This document shows positions 1 to 10,880 of a stretch of DNA of 64,000 nucleotides, one piece after another. Source of the DNA: Camelus ferus (taxonomy: Eukaryota); NCBI RefSeq assembly GCF_009834535.1, contig NC_045697.1:59460001-59524000 (forward strand), in the 5' to 3' direction. Position 1 is the stretch's first letter. Each line of letters begins with the position of its first letter. The position numbers were made by a program, and so were the translations under genes. The notes beneath the pieces are model-generated. The model was not told the origin of the DNA. It saw nothing but the letters and a program-made list of their open reading frames with translations, and did no database searches.

Positions 1-148
1 GTTTGTTGTTGCTGTTGATTATATACATACATTTTTGTTAGATACATAAAGATGGAATTGCTGGATGTGACCAATTTTAGTAGACAGTAATAGTTTTTAT
101 AAGTAGTTATACCAATAATGTATGAAAGGATATCGTATACATATATAC

Positions 149-1515
149 CATATAACATTCTGGGTAATGATTTTTTAATTCCCTAATTGCCTTATTACAG
201 TATTCCTGCACCTGTATGTAGCCTCTGGAAAAAGTATTATTGTATTCTATTATTCCCTTAGCTGCCATTTGCTCTTGTTTTTCAGGAGTAATTTCTGTGA
301 ACTTGTTTAATTCTTTGGTGCAATAATTGAATTTCTGGAACTGCAAAGTTGAAGACTGGATTCTCAAATGAGGAAATCAACCAAAGTCTTTCTACTTTCT
401 GATATTTTAGCAAAATGTTTTTCAGTCTCCCTAGATATTATGTTTGGTTTATTTCATTATGACTGTAAGTTTTTAAAACAAAACAAAACAAAATCCTATC
501 TAAAGCCTGGTACATAGATGTACATAAATGTGATTCCCTTCCCTTCGATTACAGTAATCCTTTTACAGTTTCCCTTAGCCTTTTCATATTGTTAACATCT
601 AGCCTTTTACAAAGAGTGCCTCCCTGGCTACAGCTTTAGTACCATTTAGACAAAAAGGAGAAATCCATGGCCATGTAAGCCTTCAAGTTTCGATGACAAA
701 TCAATACCACATCTCTATGAAACAAGTATATCTTAACAGTGTTTTCACAAAGGACCTGACCAACTCCAGCTATATGTATGTTTAAGACCAATCCAAATAG
801 CAGTATAGATCTGAGTAAAATGTTCCCACGTCAAGAAATGCTGTTGAATGCTTTGAAATAAGCTCATAATGATGATAAATAAAATAATCATTTTGAAAAT
901 TGGAATACCTCACCTTTGTTCTTGCACGTAAACCAGTCACTGATTCATGCTGTTCAGTATACTGAACAAAATTATACAAATTGTGCACCTAGAGGTATCT
1001 TATGCTTAATTGGTTATTATTTTAAAATCATAATTTTTTGTGTGTTCATGCCTATATAGATTTGATATGTATTCCAGTGACCTGACAGAAGGCCAGAGGA
1101 CTCAGTGAACATAGTAGTATAGTGTCGGGTGGTGTTGTCTACAGCTTTGATAATTATTGCCACTTGTGAATACATATTTTCACACTGAGTAATGAAAAGC
1201 TGAATTGATTACAGGTTATAAACCAGCTAGGTGGCCCTGAAGTGATTGAGGAACACAAGATTAAAGTTGAAACAAATATGAAGCCTGATTTGCCATAGAT
1301 TACATAACCAAATGATATTATTATCAGTAAAGTAAAACCACTTACCCTCTTTCTCAAGTCACTTACTAATTCATGTGTAATCCTCTACTCAAATCTAAGG
1401 CAAAGCAAAGGGCAAGTGATGGAACTTGATCCTTTGATATTTATTGATCCCAAGTAAGTACTAATTATTACTGGAGGCACTCTTAGAGGAGAAAAAAGTA
1501 CTCTTAGAGTTTATA
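149..1515 (-). pseudogene. Candidate degraded multi-exon gene: three phase-0 exon-like segments (1384-1346, 988-914, 340-212 or 340-149); product unknown
   Basis: Minus-strand donors AGG|gtaagt (1346) and AAG|gtgagg (914), acceptor ctttgcag|TTC (340); frames join without stops. In-frame TAG at 1387-1385, no ATG, and the middle acceptor is weak. Confidence 0.2.
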
Positions 1516-1789
1516 CTTTAGTTGATCATATGTAATATATATTTAATACAAGAAAAGAATTGGAAAATGTGTAAAACAATGTAGTATTTCTGAACTGTTG
1601 AGTCTGACATTAATTTTATTGAGTTTTTAATGAGATAGATGGACTATTGTGTTCTATTTAAAATTTAAACCATTTTTTAGACTCTTCTGATTTAATCTGT
1701 ACCATAAGGACTATCCATTTCCCATTTTTGTATGTTGTTAGGGCTGTTCAGTAGTTTATTTAGGTAGTACCTGTAGAATCATTATCCTG

Positions 1790-1930
1790 CCTATGCAGCG
1801 GAATCATCTGTGTGCCTATAAAATACAGATTCCTTAATTCTAAAAGCTGGATCTTTAGATTAAGAAGGTTTGGGATAGTGGTTCAAGCATTTGCATTTTG
1901 AAAAAGAGCTCCATAGAGAATTCTGATTTC
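1790..1930. mobile_element. MER5A-like hAT-Charlie DNA transposon relic
   Basis: gaatcatctg...aaaatacagattcc...tttgcattttgaaaaagagctcc...attctgat follows the MER5A layout. Confidence 0.6.
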
Positions 1931-1955
1931 AAGGGCTAGTTTACCATTTAGTTGT

Positions 1956-1958
<3 letters not shown>

Positions 1959-2007
<49 letters not shown>
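1959..2007 (+). repeat. (GT)24 microsatellite
   Basis: Perfect dinucleotide run. Confidence 0.98.
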
Positions 2008-2010
<3 letters not shown>

Positions 2011-2029
2011 AAGTTCTAGCAGCTACACA

Positions 2030-2400
2030 CCAGAATCATTGTTTTCATCTCCCAGACATTGCATTGCTCAGCATCCTTTACAGTTAGGTGTGGTCATGAG
2101 GCTAGTTCTGGCCAATATGGTATCAGCAAAAATGATCTGCAATTTCATCAAAAAAGATCTTTCTATTAAGGCTTTTCCGTGGTCTTCCCTTTCTGTCAGT
2201 TGGATGTGTTTTCTATGACCAGCTTTTATTACCATGATTTGAAGATTCCAGACTCATCTTCCTAAATCAATGTGTGGAGCAGATCCTCCCTGCTGACATG
2301 GAAATTCCTTGTGAGCAAGAAGCACACTTCTGTTGTGTTTAAGGCACTATTTAAATTTAGGACTATTTGTTATAATTATAATTAACAAGTTCTAACTATT
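2030..2400 (+). mobile_element. MLT1-type (ERVL-MaLR) LTR relic
   Basis: cagttaggtgtggtcatga..gttctggccaat and tgtgagcaagaa..cttctgttgtgtttaag..ctatttgtta motifs. Confidence 0.6.
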
Positions 2401-2479
2401 ATAGTACCAAACAATCTGCTAGTTACTAAAATACGTGTGAGAAGTTATTGTTTCTGTCCTCTAAGAAGACCAAAGTTTA

Positions 2480-3650
2480 AGAGTGTACTAAATAGAAGTA
2501 TAAAGAATGATAAAATGTGAAAAGCCTTTTTATAGGATGAAAAATGCAGGTAACCCAGCAACTTTTCTCAGGGAGTGAGGGTAAGTCATTAAGAGAGACA
2601 GGGAACTATGTAGAGAGGAGGTATATCTGGAATGGGGACTACAGAATTAATAGGACTTTGCCAAGTAGACAGGGGACTTCAGATAAAGTGTTCAGGCACA
2701 GACTTAAAGGACATGGTATAAGTGAACAGGACTGAGACGTAGCAATGTCCAATGCTGGGAGAAGATCAGATTGTGACCTTGATATCATGACATGAAGTTT
2801 GGAATTTATTCTAAAGGCAATCAATAGACACCAGTTTTGAAAGAAGTAACACTGTTAGCTCTGTTTTGAGAAATACCACACTCATGAAAGAAGAGAGGCT
2901 ATAGACAGAGAGCATGACTAGGAAGTTTTTAAAAAAGTGAGTAAGTGATGAAATCATGGCATTAACAAAAGGACAGAGAAGAGAAGACATCAGTCAGAAA
3001 TCTTTATAAGCAGAAGGGGAAGTATTTAGTAAGGTATTGAATATCTGGACAGTGATGAAATTGGTAGAGCTACTTCAGGATCTCAGCTTGGGCAACTGTG
3101 GATATTGATGGTCTTCACTGAGAAAGGAAGTTTACAATCAGAGCAATTTATTTTGGATTTGTTGAGTTGGAGATGTCTGTGAGTCATTTGGCTAAGAATT
3201 TGTAGATGGTTTAAATATAACTATGTGTTTTATGAAATGAGATCCTTAAGCATAGCTAGGATAGTTGAATATGCAGAAGTAGATGAGATTCCCAGTGAGA
3301 AAATGTGTAATGAGGGATTGAAGATGCTATAGGAATGAATACAAATATTTACAGGCATGGCAAGGAAAATAAATCAGTGGAAGTGATAAGTATCAGCACA
3401 TCAGGAATCAGAGAATTAAAAGGAGGTTTAAAAAGGGCAGAACTTGGTTTCATGAACATCTAGGAAAGGAAAGTTCATAAGGGGAAAGATGATAAAAATG
3501 CCAAAAGTAGCAGATATTTCAAGTAATATGAGAGTAGAAAGAGATCAGTGGTGGCCATTGCCAGATTAATTTTAAAATATGGGAAGTGAAGTGGAAAGAG
3601 TGGAAAATAGAGGTGAGAATATAGAGTCAACAAAAGTCTTTTAGGACCTT
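2480..3650 (-). mobile_element. L2 LINE fragment(s)
   Basis: Purine-rich antisense L2 motifs such as gaagtttggaatttattcta and gttgagttggagatgtctgtgag. Confidence 0.6.
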
Positions 3651-4995
3651 TGAGGACATGAAAGTCTCCAGGGAGGGAATTCTCAGGATGAACGCAACTT
3701 GAGCTTACTTTTTAAGCTGCATTTTCATAATTCCTGAAAACTATCAATCTTCCAATGTCCTATGTATCCCCAGAATGTTGACTCTAGTCTATAGTATCAA
3801 TTTCTCACAGAATCTATTTTGTCATATAACTCTCAGGGATAGCTGTTCCAGTTATTTTACTTAAATCTCTCCCTCTGTACTTTTACTCCTATTCTTTCTC
3901 TTATATCAGAGGACAGTTGGCTCTTACCCCTAAACATTTACCACGTCTGGGAACATTGTGGATGTCTACCAATTTAAATAAACTTTCAGAGCTAAGAAAA
4001 TGCTAATGGGAAAGAGTTTAAACCTAGTGGTCTATTATAAAGTTTTAATTTAAAAACAGAAACCAACAACTAGAAACAATGAGGAAAGAAGGTAACTAAA
4101 AATTCAGGCTTAATGGAATAAAAATTCTTAAAAGAACAAAGGTTTATTATTTTATATCAAGATTGTTGGGAATAATTACTATATTGAGAGCCAAACTAAT
4201 AAAGACTTCTCTCCCTTAAACAAATTTACCTCTGTGGTTAAGTGATTAGATTGGCAAGTAAAATTACATGAACTTGAAAACTCTAGGAGTTTTATATGAA
4301 GAAGAATCCATATACAAGATATCCCTGGAAGCTGCCTTTTGCCTTTGGTTTATATTTTGATATATAGGAGTGGGCAGAAAAGGAAATAGTACTCATGAAA
4401 TTGTTACTTTTATTTTCTTTATCATCAAATCACCATTTTATATATTTATTGATCAGTTAGGCCACAGAAATAAAAATGAAAAACCTGTTTTGTCTCCAAG
4501 AAAATCATACAGTAATGGTGAAGGCAAACATTTTTTAAAAAAGGAATAGATGGAACATAACTGTGACACATGGCATATGAAGGAAAGGATAGTGATAAAT
4601 TAGTTCTGGAATACATGGTTCTGCCCCAGTAGCGTCCATTGTGTTCTCAGTGAACAACTGCAAAGGAAAATAGTAGGTTCTGTAGTGGTTATATTAGCAT
4701 CTGAAAGAAAGTTGAGGAGAATAGCACTGAGATACAAACATGAGCGAGATGCTGGCCAATTTTCTTTCTAAGCAAGAGAGTCTAAAAGTCTTAGGTATGA
4801 CATTTGTGTGCCTTCCCTAGCTCTTGAGCTGTTTCCAAGCATCTGAAGCTATAAGAACAGTAAAGAGAGAGAAAACAGCAATTCCTGGGAAATGAGTAAG
4901 CAACTAAGAGACCTTAGCAAGAATTTAGGTGAGAAACAATAAAAGCAGGGGCTAGTGATGGAAGTTTAGATAAAGAAAATGAAGACTTGAAATTT

Positions 4996-4998
<3 letters not shown>

Positions 4999-5040
<42 letters not shown>
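4999..5040 (+). repeat. (AC)21 microsatellite
   Basis: Perfect dinucleotide run. Confidence 0.98.
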
Positions 5041-5043
<3 letters not shown>

Positions 5044-5205
5044 ACAATAGCAGTTGGTCACAGATAAAGTTAATTTGTTAAGCAAGAGGGAGATGTCCAG
5101 GAAATCCCAAATTCCTCTCTTGGGTAATGTCAGTAGCAAAGGAAGAGGTGAGTTTGGAGGAGATACATTGAGTTGGAAATGCCTGTGGGAAACCAGAATG
5201 CCAAC

Positions 5206-5559
5206 TGTCAATGTCCATTTGGACTTCTATAACACAAATGCTATTGACTGTGTGGCTTAAACAGCAGTTTATTTCTCACAGCTTTGTAGTTGTGGAAGTC
5301 TAAGATCAAGGCACTGGCAGACTCCGTGTCTGGTGAAGGCTCACTTCCTGGCTCAGAGCTTGTTTCTCCCTATAATCTCACATGGTGGAAGGGATATTGA
5401 GTGCTCTAGGGTCTCTTATAAGCTACTCTCCCATTTGTGAGGGCTCCACCTTCATGACCTAATCCCATCCCAAAGGCCACACTTCCTGATACCATCACAC
5501 TGGGGGTTAATTCCATCATATGAATTTAGAGGGGAACGTAAACATTCAGTCTTACAGCA
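5206..5559 (-). mobile_element. MLT1A-like MaLR solo LTR
   Basis: tttatttctcacag..aagtctaagatcaagg..ctccaccttcatgacctaatc..aacattcagtc; TG...CA termini; about 350 bp. Confidence 0.85.
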
Positions 5560-5599
5560 TAACCTGAGATAGGTAGGAGGCACTAATATGTGACTTACA

Positions 5600-5987
5600 C
5601 AGTTGCTGATGGAGCTTATTCCATCTGTCAACAGTTAACTACCTAGACCTTAATTTATGAATATAAACAAAGAAAAAAAATTTTTCTTAAAAAAAGGAGA
5701 CCTATCTGAACAAGTCTTCCATTAAGACAAAAGAGGAAAAGCTTAAAATATAATTGTAGTATTTATTCTCAGTAATATTTGACTGATACACTGAATATCA
5801 GGAGAATAACTCCAGGATCAATGGTGAATTGTTTTAAAAATATAAACATAAAACATAGTTTGTGAATTGGAAAGTGATGTCAATAGGGAGTAATGAAATA
5901 AATAATCCTGAATAGTAAAGAAATTAAACAGAGGAAGAAATAGAATTCTATTTGAGGAAAAGATAAAAAGAAAATTTAAAAGAAAAA
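5600..5987 (+). mobile_element. Ancient HAL1/L1M ORF1-region fragment, apparently continuing at about 8325-8560
   Basis: A-rich sequence resembling HAL1/L1 ORF1; the downstream piece has atccagactggtttcaga..tggagcaat..ctatattcag. Confidence 0.4.
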
Positions 5988-6080
5988 GAATACAGGTCTT
6001 TTGCTTCCTTAGGTAGGTTTATTACTACTATGTATTTTATTCTTTTCTGATGAGATGGTAAATGGAATTGTTTCCTTAAG
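5988..6080 (-). mobile_element. L1 ORF2 fragment (IPFTIA..INLPKEAKDLY region)
   Basis: Reverse complement ggaaacaattccatttacc..ataaacctacctaaggaagcaaaagacctgta continues the L1 that breaks at 7333. Confidence 0.8.
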
Positions 6081-6737
6081 TTGTTTTTTTCCCTCATTTC
6101 AAGTTTATTCAAACTTAGCAGGATAAATTATCCAGGTTGCAGATTATCAAAAGATCAACTCAGTCAAGCCCACATTAAAAAAAAAAAAAGACAAAAACCA
6201 AAAACAATGAAAAGAGGAAAATAACAAAGAGGAGATTCATCAGCAAGTCTCTGAACTTAAAAATTGAGAGAGAGTGGAAATTAGTTTACACAACTCACTC
6301 ATCAACTTTCGTCTTCATTTGTCCCAGGGGTTGATTCATGATCAAATTTTTATCTTTATCATGTACATGGTCATTTTCTTGACTATTTGACTTTTGATTT
6401 TCCTTTTCCACTGAAGTTCTGGTCTTTTCATGCTCCTTATTTTTCAACGGGGAGAATTTTAATTTGTTTACGTGACTACTTTGTTATATTTTTGAGAATG
6501 GACTTTGATCTCTATCACTCCTTTTCCCCCTGTTATTATTTGAGCTTTTGAGAGTACATTCTTTTCTCTTTCAGAATTTTTGTTCCTTGTAAACTCCCAA
6601 TTTCTTGGTCTCTCTATTTTTTTGTTTGTTTGTTTCTGCTTTGACTGTCTTCTCTCTGTAAATCTCTCCTGCTTCTCTTATCTTTGCTACTTGATGTTGC
6701 TCTTCTTGCCCTGTTCCATGACCTTCTCCTGTACTTC

Positions 6738-7332
6738 TTTTTTTAAAATGAAGTACAGTTGATTTACAATGTTGTGTTAGTTTCTGGTGTGCAGCATAGT
6801 GATTCAGTTACATGTATATAAATATATATATATTCTTTTCATATTCTTTTTCATTATAGGTTATTATAAGCTATAGCTTATAGTTTCCTGTGCTATACAG
6901 TAGGAACTTGTTGTCTATCTATCTTATATAGTAGTTTGTATCTGCTAATTCCAAAATCCTAACTTATCCATCACCCTGCCCCTTTCCCATTTGGGAGAAA
7001 GGTTGTTTTCTATGTCTGGGAATCTTTCTGTTTTGTAAATAACTTAATTTGTATCATTATTTTTTAAGATTCCACATTTAAGTGATATCATATGATATTT
7101 GTCTTTCTCTGTCTGACTTTATTCACTTAATATGATAATCTCTAGGTTCATCCATGTTGCTGCAAATGGCATTATTTCATTCTTTTTTACAGCAGAGTAA
7201 TATTTCATTATATATATACACACACACACATATACACACACATACTTATACATACACACCACATCTTCTTTATCCAATCATCTGTCAGTGGACATTTAGA
7301 TTGTTTCCATGTCTTGGCTATTGTAAATAGTG
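6738..7332 (-). mobile_element. L1 3' end (ORF2 C-terminus plus 3' UTR), cetartiodactyl type
   Basis: gaagtacagttgatttacaatgttgtgttagtttctggtgt..ccctgtgctatacag-type 3' UTR and gattccacat..tgttgctgcaaatggc. Confidence 0.92.
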
Positions 7333-8194
7333 CTTAATTTCTTTTTTCTGATATTTTGTTGTTAGTGTATATAATGCAATGGATTTCTGTATATTAATTT
7401 TGTATCCTGCAGCTTTACTGAATTCATTGATGAGCTCTAGTAGTTTTCTGGTGGCATCTTTAGGATTTTCTATGTATAGTATCATGTCATCTGCAAACAG
7501 TGACAGTTTTACTTCTTTTCCAATTTGGATTCCTTTTATTTCTTTTGAGCATCTTTGTCTTATTTCTGATCTTAGAGGAAATGCTTTCAGCTTTTCACTG
7601 TTCAGTAAGATGTTAGCTGTGGGTTTGTCATTTATGGCCTTTACTATGTTGAGGTATATTCCTTCTATGCCCACTTTATGGAGAGATTTTTATCATAAAT
7701 GGATATTGAATTTTATCAAAAGCTTTTTCTGCATCTGTTGAGATGATTATATGGTTTTTATTCTCCAGTTTGTTAATGTGGCTTATCACATTGATTGATT
7801 TGTGAGTATTGATAAATCCTTGCATCTCTGGGATAAATCCCACTTGATCATGATATGTGATCCTTTTAATGTATAATTGGAGTTCGTTTGCTAGTATTTT
7901 ATTGAGAATTTTTGCATCTATGTTCATAAGTGATATTGGCCTATAATTTTTTGGGTATGCGTGATATCTTTGGTTTTGGTATCAGTGTTGGTGGCCTCAT
8001 AGCATGAGTTGGGAAGTGTTCTTTCCTCTGCAATATTTTGGAATAGTTTCAGAAGAATAGGTGTTAACTCTTCTCTGAATGTCTGGTATAATTTCCCTGT
8101 GAAGCCTCTTGGTCCTAGACTTTTGTTTGTTGAGAGTTTTAAAATCACTGCTTCAATTTCTGTACTAGTAACTGGGCTGTTAATATTTTCTATT
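7333..8194 (-). mobile_element. L1 ORF2 reverse-transcriptase region, frameshifted
   Basis: ORFs [39 protein letters not shown] are L1 RT motifs; short internal deletion near 7545. Confidence 0.97.
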
Positions 8195-8320
8195 TTGCAT
8201 TTCTATACACTAACAATGAAATACCAGAAAAATTTATTAAGGGAACAGTCCCATTTACTACTGCATCAAAAACCATAAAATAGTGAGGAATAAACCTATC
8301 TAAGGAGGCAAAAGCTATAC
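8195..8320 (+). mobile_element. L1 ORF2 fragment in opposite orientation
   Basis: gcatttctatacactaacaatgaa..cccatttac..ggaataaacctatctaaggaggcaaaag. Confidence 0.85.
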
Positions 8321-8571
8321 AAGACATCTGCTAATGACATGTCCTTATTTTTCAGATAAAAGAAGTCTTTTAGGTACACCAAGACGAAAGTCCATACAAA
8401 CAAACAAGAAAAAATATAAAAGAAAACTGAGATCCAGACTGGTTTCAGATATCTGATACAGTAATAAATGTTTGGATCATGTGGAGCAATAATTATTGAC
8501 TTTTGAGTTTACTTTTTTCTATATTCAGAAAAACTCTCTTCCATTTGTGAAGTTGATTTTAAAAGACGAAA

Positions 8572-9200
8572 TAGTTGATCCTCATTTCTGATCTGTATTT
8601 GTGAATTTTCCTAGCACTAAATTTATTTATAACCCTGAAATTACGATTCATGGTTCTTTCATAGTCATTCAGAGACGTGCACATGTATGGAAGAGCAAAA
8701 AATTGAGGCACCCAATGCAAACAATCCCATCTGAAGTCAAGGAGACTTCAGCCTTTTGATTTCTGCTCTAATACTGCAAACAAGTGTCCTTTTCACAGTC
8801 AATTTAATGGCATGTTTTTCACACTTTTGTGCTTTTTGTTGATGATTTTTTCTGTTTAAAATAATTCCCAAGCATAGTACTGAACTGCTGTCTATTTTTC
8901 CTAAGTGTAAGAAGGCTATGATATGCCTTAATAGAAAATACATGTATTAGATAAGCTTTATGCAGGAATGAATTATAGTGCTGTTGCTGTAAGTTCAATG
9001 TTAATAAATCAACAATACACATTAAATATGGTGTCTTGAAAACAAAGTTGTACATTGATTGAGTAGTGGAAACGTTGTGATCTGAGGCTCACAGGAAACT
9101 AACTCTGTCTTTCCTTTAAGGGTAATGATTCAATGTTTCCTAGTTCTGCATTTGTAGTGACTTTAAAAAATAAATACTGTGAATAGCAAGAATTGTTTGT
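8572..9200 (+). mobile_element. MER82-like TcMar-Tigger DNA transposon, near full length
   Basis: gttgatcctcatt start, aaacaagtgtccttttc, cccaagcatagt.ctgaa, ttagataagctt, gttcaatgttaat. Confidence 0.8.
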
Positions 9201-9264
9201 ACTTGTGGAATAGAAGGATTAGCCATCTCTGAGATGATATCCAGAGAATGAGCAATCTTCAGTA

Positions 9265-9990
9265 ATGAGAAATGATGCTGATGAATCTCACAAACATAAT
9301 GTTAGACAAAAGAAACCAGACACAAAATAACACATTCAGTGTGAATCCATTTATATAACGTTCAAAACCATGGAACACTCCACTGTGGTGGTAGAAGTCG
9401 GGATAGTGATGACCACTGTGGAGGGCATGTGGCCAGAGGGCACAAATAGTGCTTTTTGGATATGGTAGCATTCTAATGTTAATCTGCTGCTTGGTATATG
9501 GACCTGTTCAGTTTTGGAAAATTCATTGAAATGCACAATCATGATTTGTGTCCCTTACACTGTGTATATTAAACATAAATTTTAAAAGTTGAAGAAACTG
9601 AATATGATGCCAAAGTGAAAAGGAGTGAACTGGAGCTGCATATATCAATATAAATGAATTTCACAAGCAAAATATTAAGCCAGTAAAGAAAAGTGATTAC
9701 TATGTGTGATATCATTTATATAATTTTTTAAATGCTGTATTTTAGTTGAAGATAAATATGTAGAAGTTAAAATTATGAAAGAATGTGTGTAAATGTTATG
9801 AAACATGAAATTTAGGAGAGTAGATCATTTTGGGAGGAGAAGAAGAAATTAAGCGAAAGTATTTAGAAGCTTTCAATTATATTATGATGTGACACTTTAT
9901 TTCTTAAGGTGAATGGTAGGTTCATAGATGATCTATTTATCCAGCCATATCTTGCAATCATTTCAGATGAAATGTTTCATTATATTAAAA
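9265..9990 (+). mobile_element. Ancient L1ME/L1MC 3' UTR fragments
   Basis: gatgaatctcacaaacataatgtt..aaaagaaaccagacacaaa..gaaaattcattgaa. Confidence 0.7.
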
Positions 9991-10811
9991 AGGTACAGTT
10001 TAAATAAATCTTATAGAATATTCTTGATTATTTCAACAAATGTAGGCTGTTCAAATATATGAAAACGTAGTATTTAAAAGCAAGTTTTTATTTCTATATG
10101 ATACTAAGGGATGGCATTTAAATTAGGAGTTAGATACAGTTCCAAATTTTCAAAAAAAAAACACAACTTTTAAAATTCAGCTTTGCCAAAAAAGTGAGTG
10201 AATGCTCAGGTAGCAGTGGTTGGTCACCTCAAAGAATTTTCAGCCATACAAAGCATATAATGCCACTTAGAGGGCATTTAGTCATCATATGACTATTAAT
10301 AGAATCTTGAAATTTTGTGGTACAGCACAAATCAACTTGCCAGATATTCTTTACATTTAAAGATTTTTCCCGAGTCTGTTTCAATCTCAGTGTCTGCATT
10401 TGTAAAACTGATACAGAGAAACATTTACCCCACGAACAGGTACGGGAGATTAACTAACAAAGAACAAAAAGGCTGGAGTTTAAAAATGCCACATGAGTTC
10501 TAAAGAATGATTTCAAATGTTGGTCAACTATAGGAATTTCTGATATTTGTTCAACATTGTGTAATTATATGATTTGATATAATACTAAGAGAAATTGTTT
10601 GTTTGCTTTTGTATTTATTTTTTGCTATTGTTCCTGTCATTAGCAATGCCAGATTAAACAAGAAACCAGCTCTTAATTCATGATGGGAATGAAGAATTCA
10701 ACTTTCCCTGCAGAGTTTAGATGAAATCCACTCCCTTCTGACAATGGGAAAAAAGGGTTAGAAGGATTCCTTTTTCCTCCCCAGTCTCCTTTTAGAAAAC
10801 TGACCACTGCC

Positions 10812-10880
10812 TTAGGAAGGATGCTAGACTAAATGGATCATTAATATGATTCAGAATGGCAAATCCTTTCCTTTTATGCT
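10812..10880 (+). mobile_element. CR1/L3-like 3' end relic
   Basis: ggaaggatgctagactaaatggatcatt..tgattcagaatggcaaatcctt resembles the CR1/L3 terminus. Confidence 0.45.

Noticed and set aside
286..470. Plus-strand exon-like segment (tgtttttcag| ... ACT|gtaagt)
   Set aside because: Stops in all three frames; shows that splice-like signals arise readily here
914..988. GLRARTK peptide resembles DPY19L1/2 (HYEDAGLRARTK)
   Set aside because: Flanking residues and neighbouring exons do not match DPY19L; a 7-aa coincidence
7318..8278. Long ORFs as host genes (also 16383-16817, 20233-21241, 59652-59883)
   Set aside because: They are L1 ORF2 fragments or their antisense frames, broken by frameshifts and truncation
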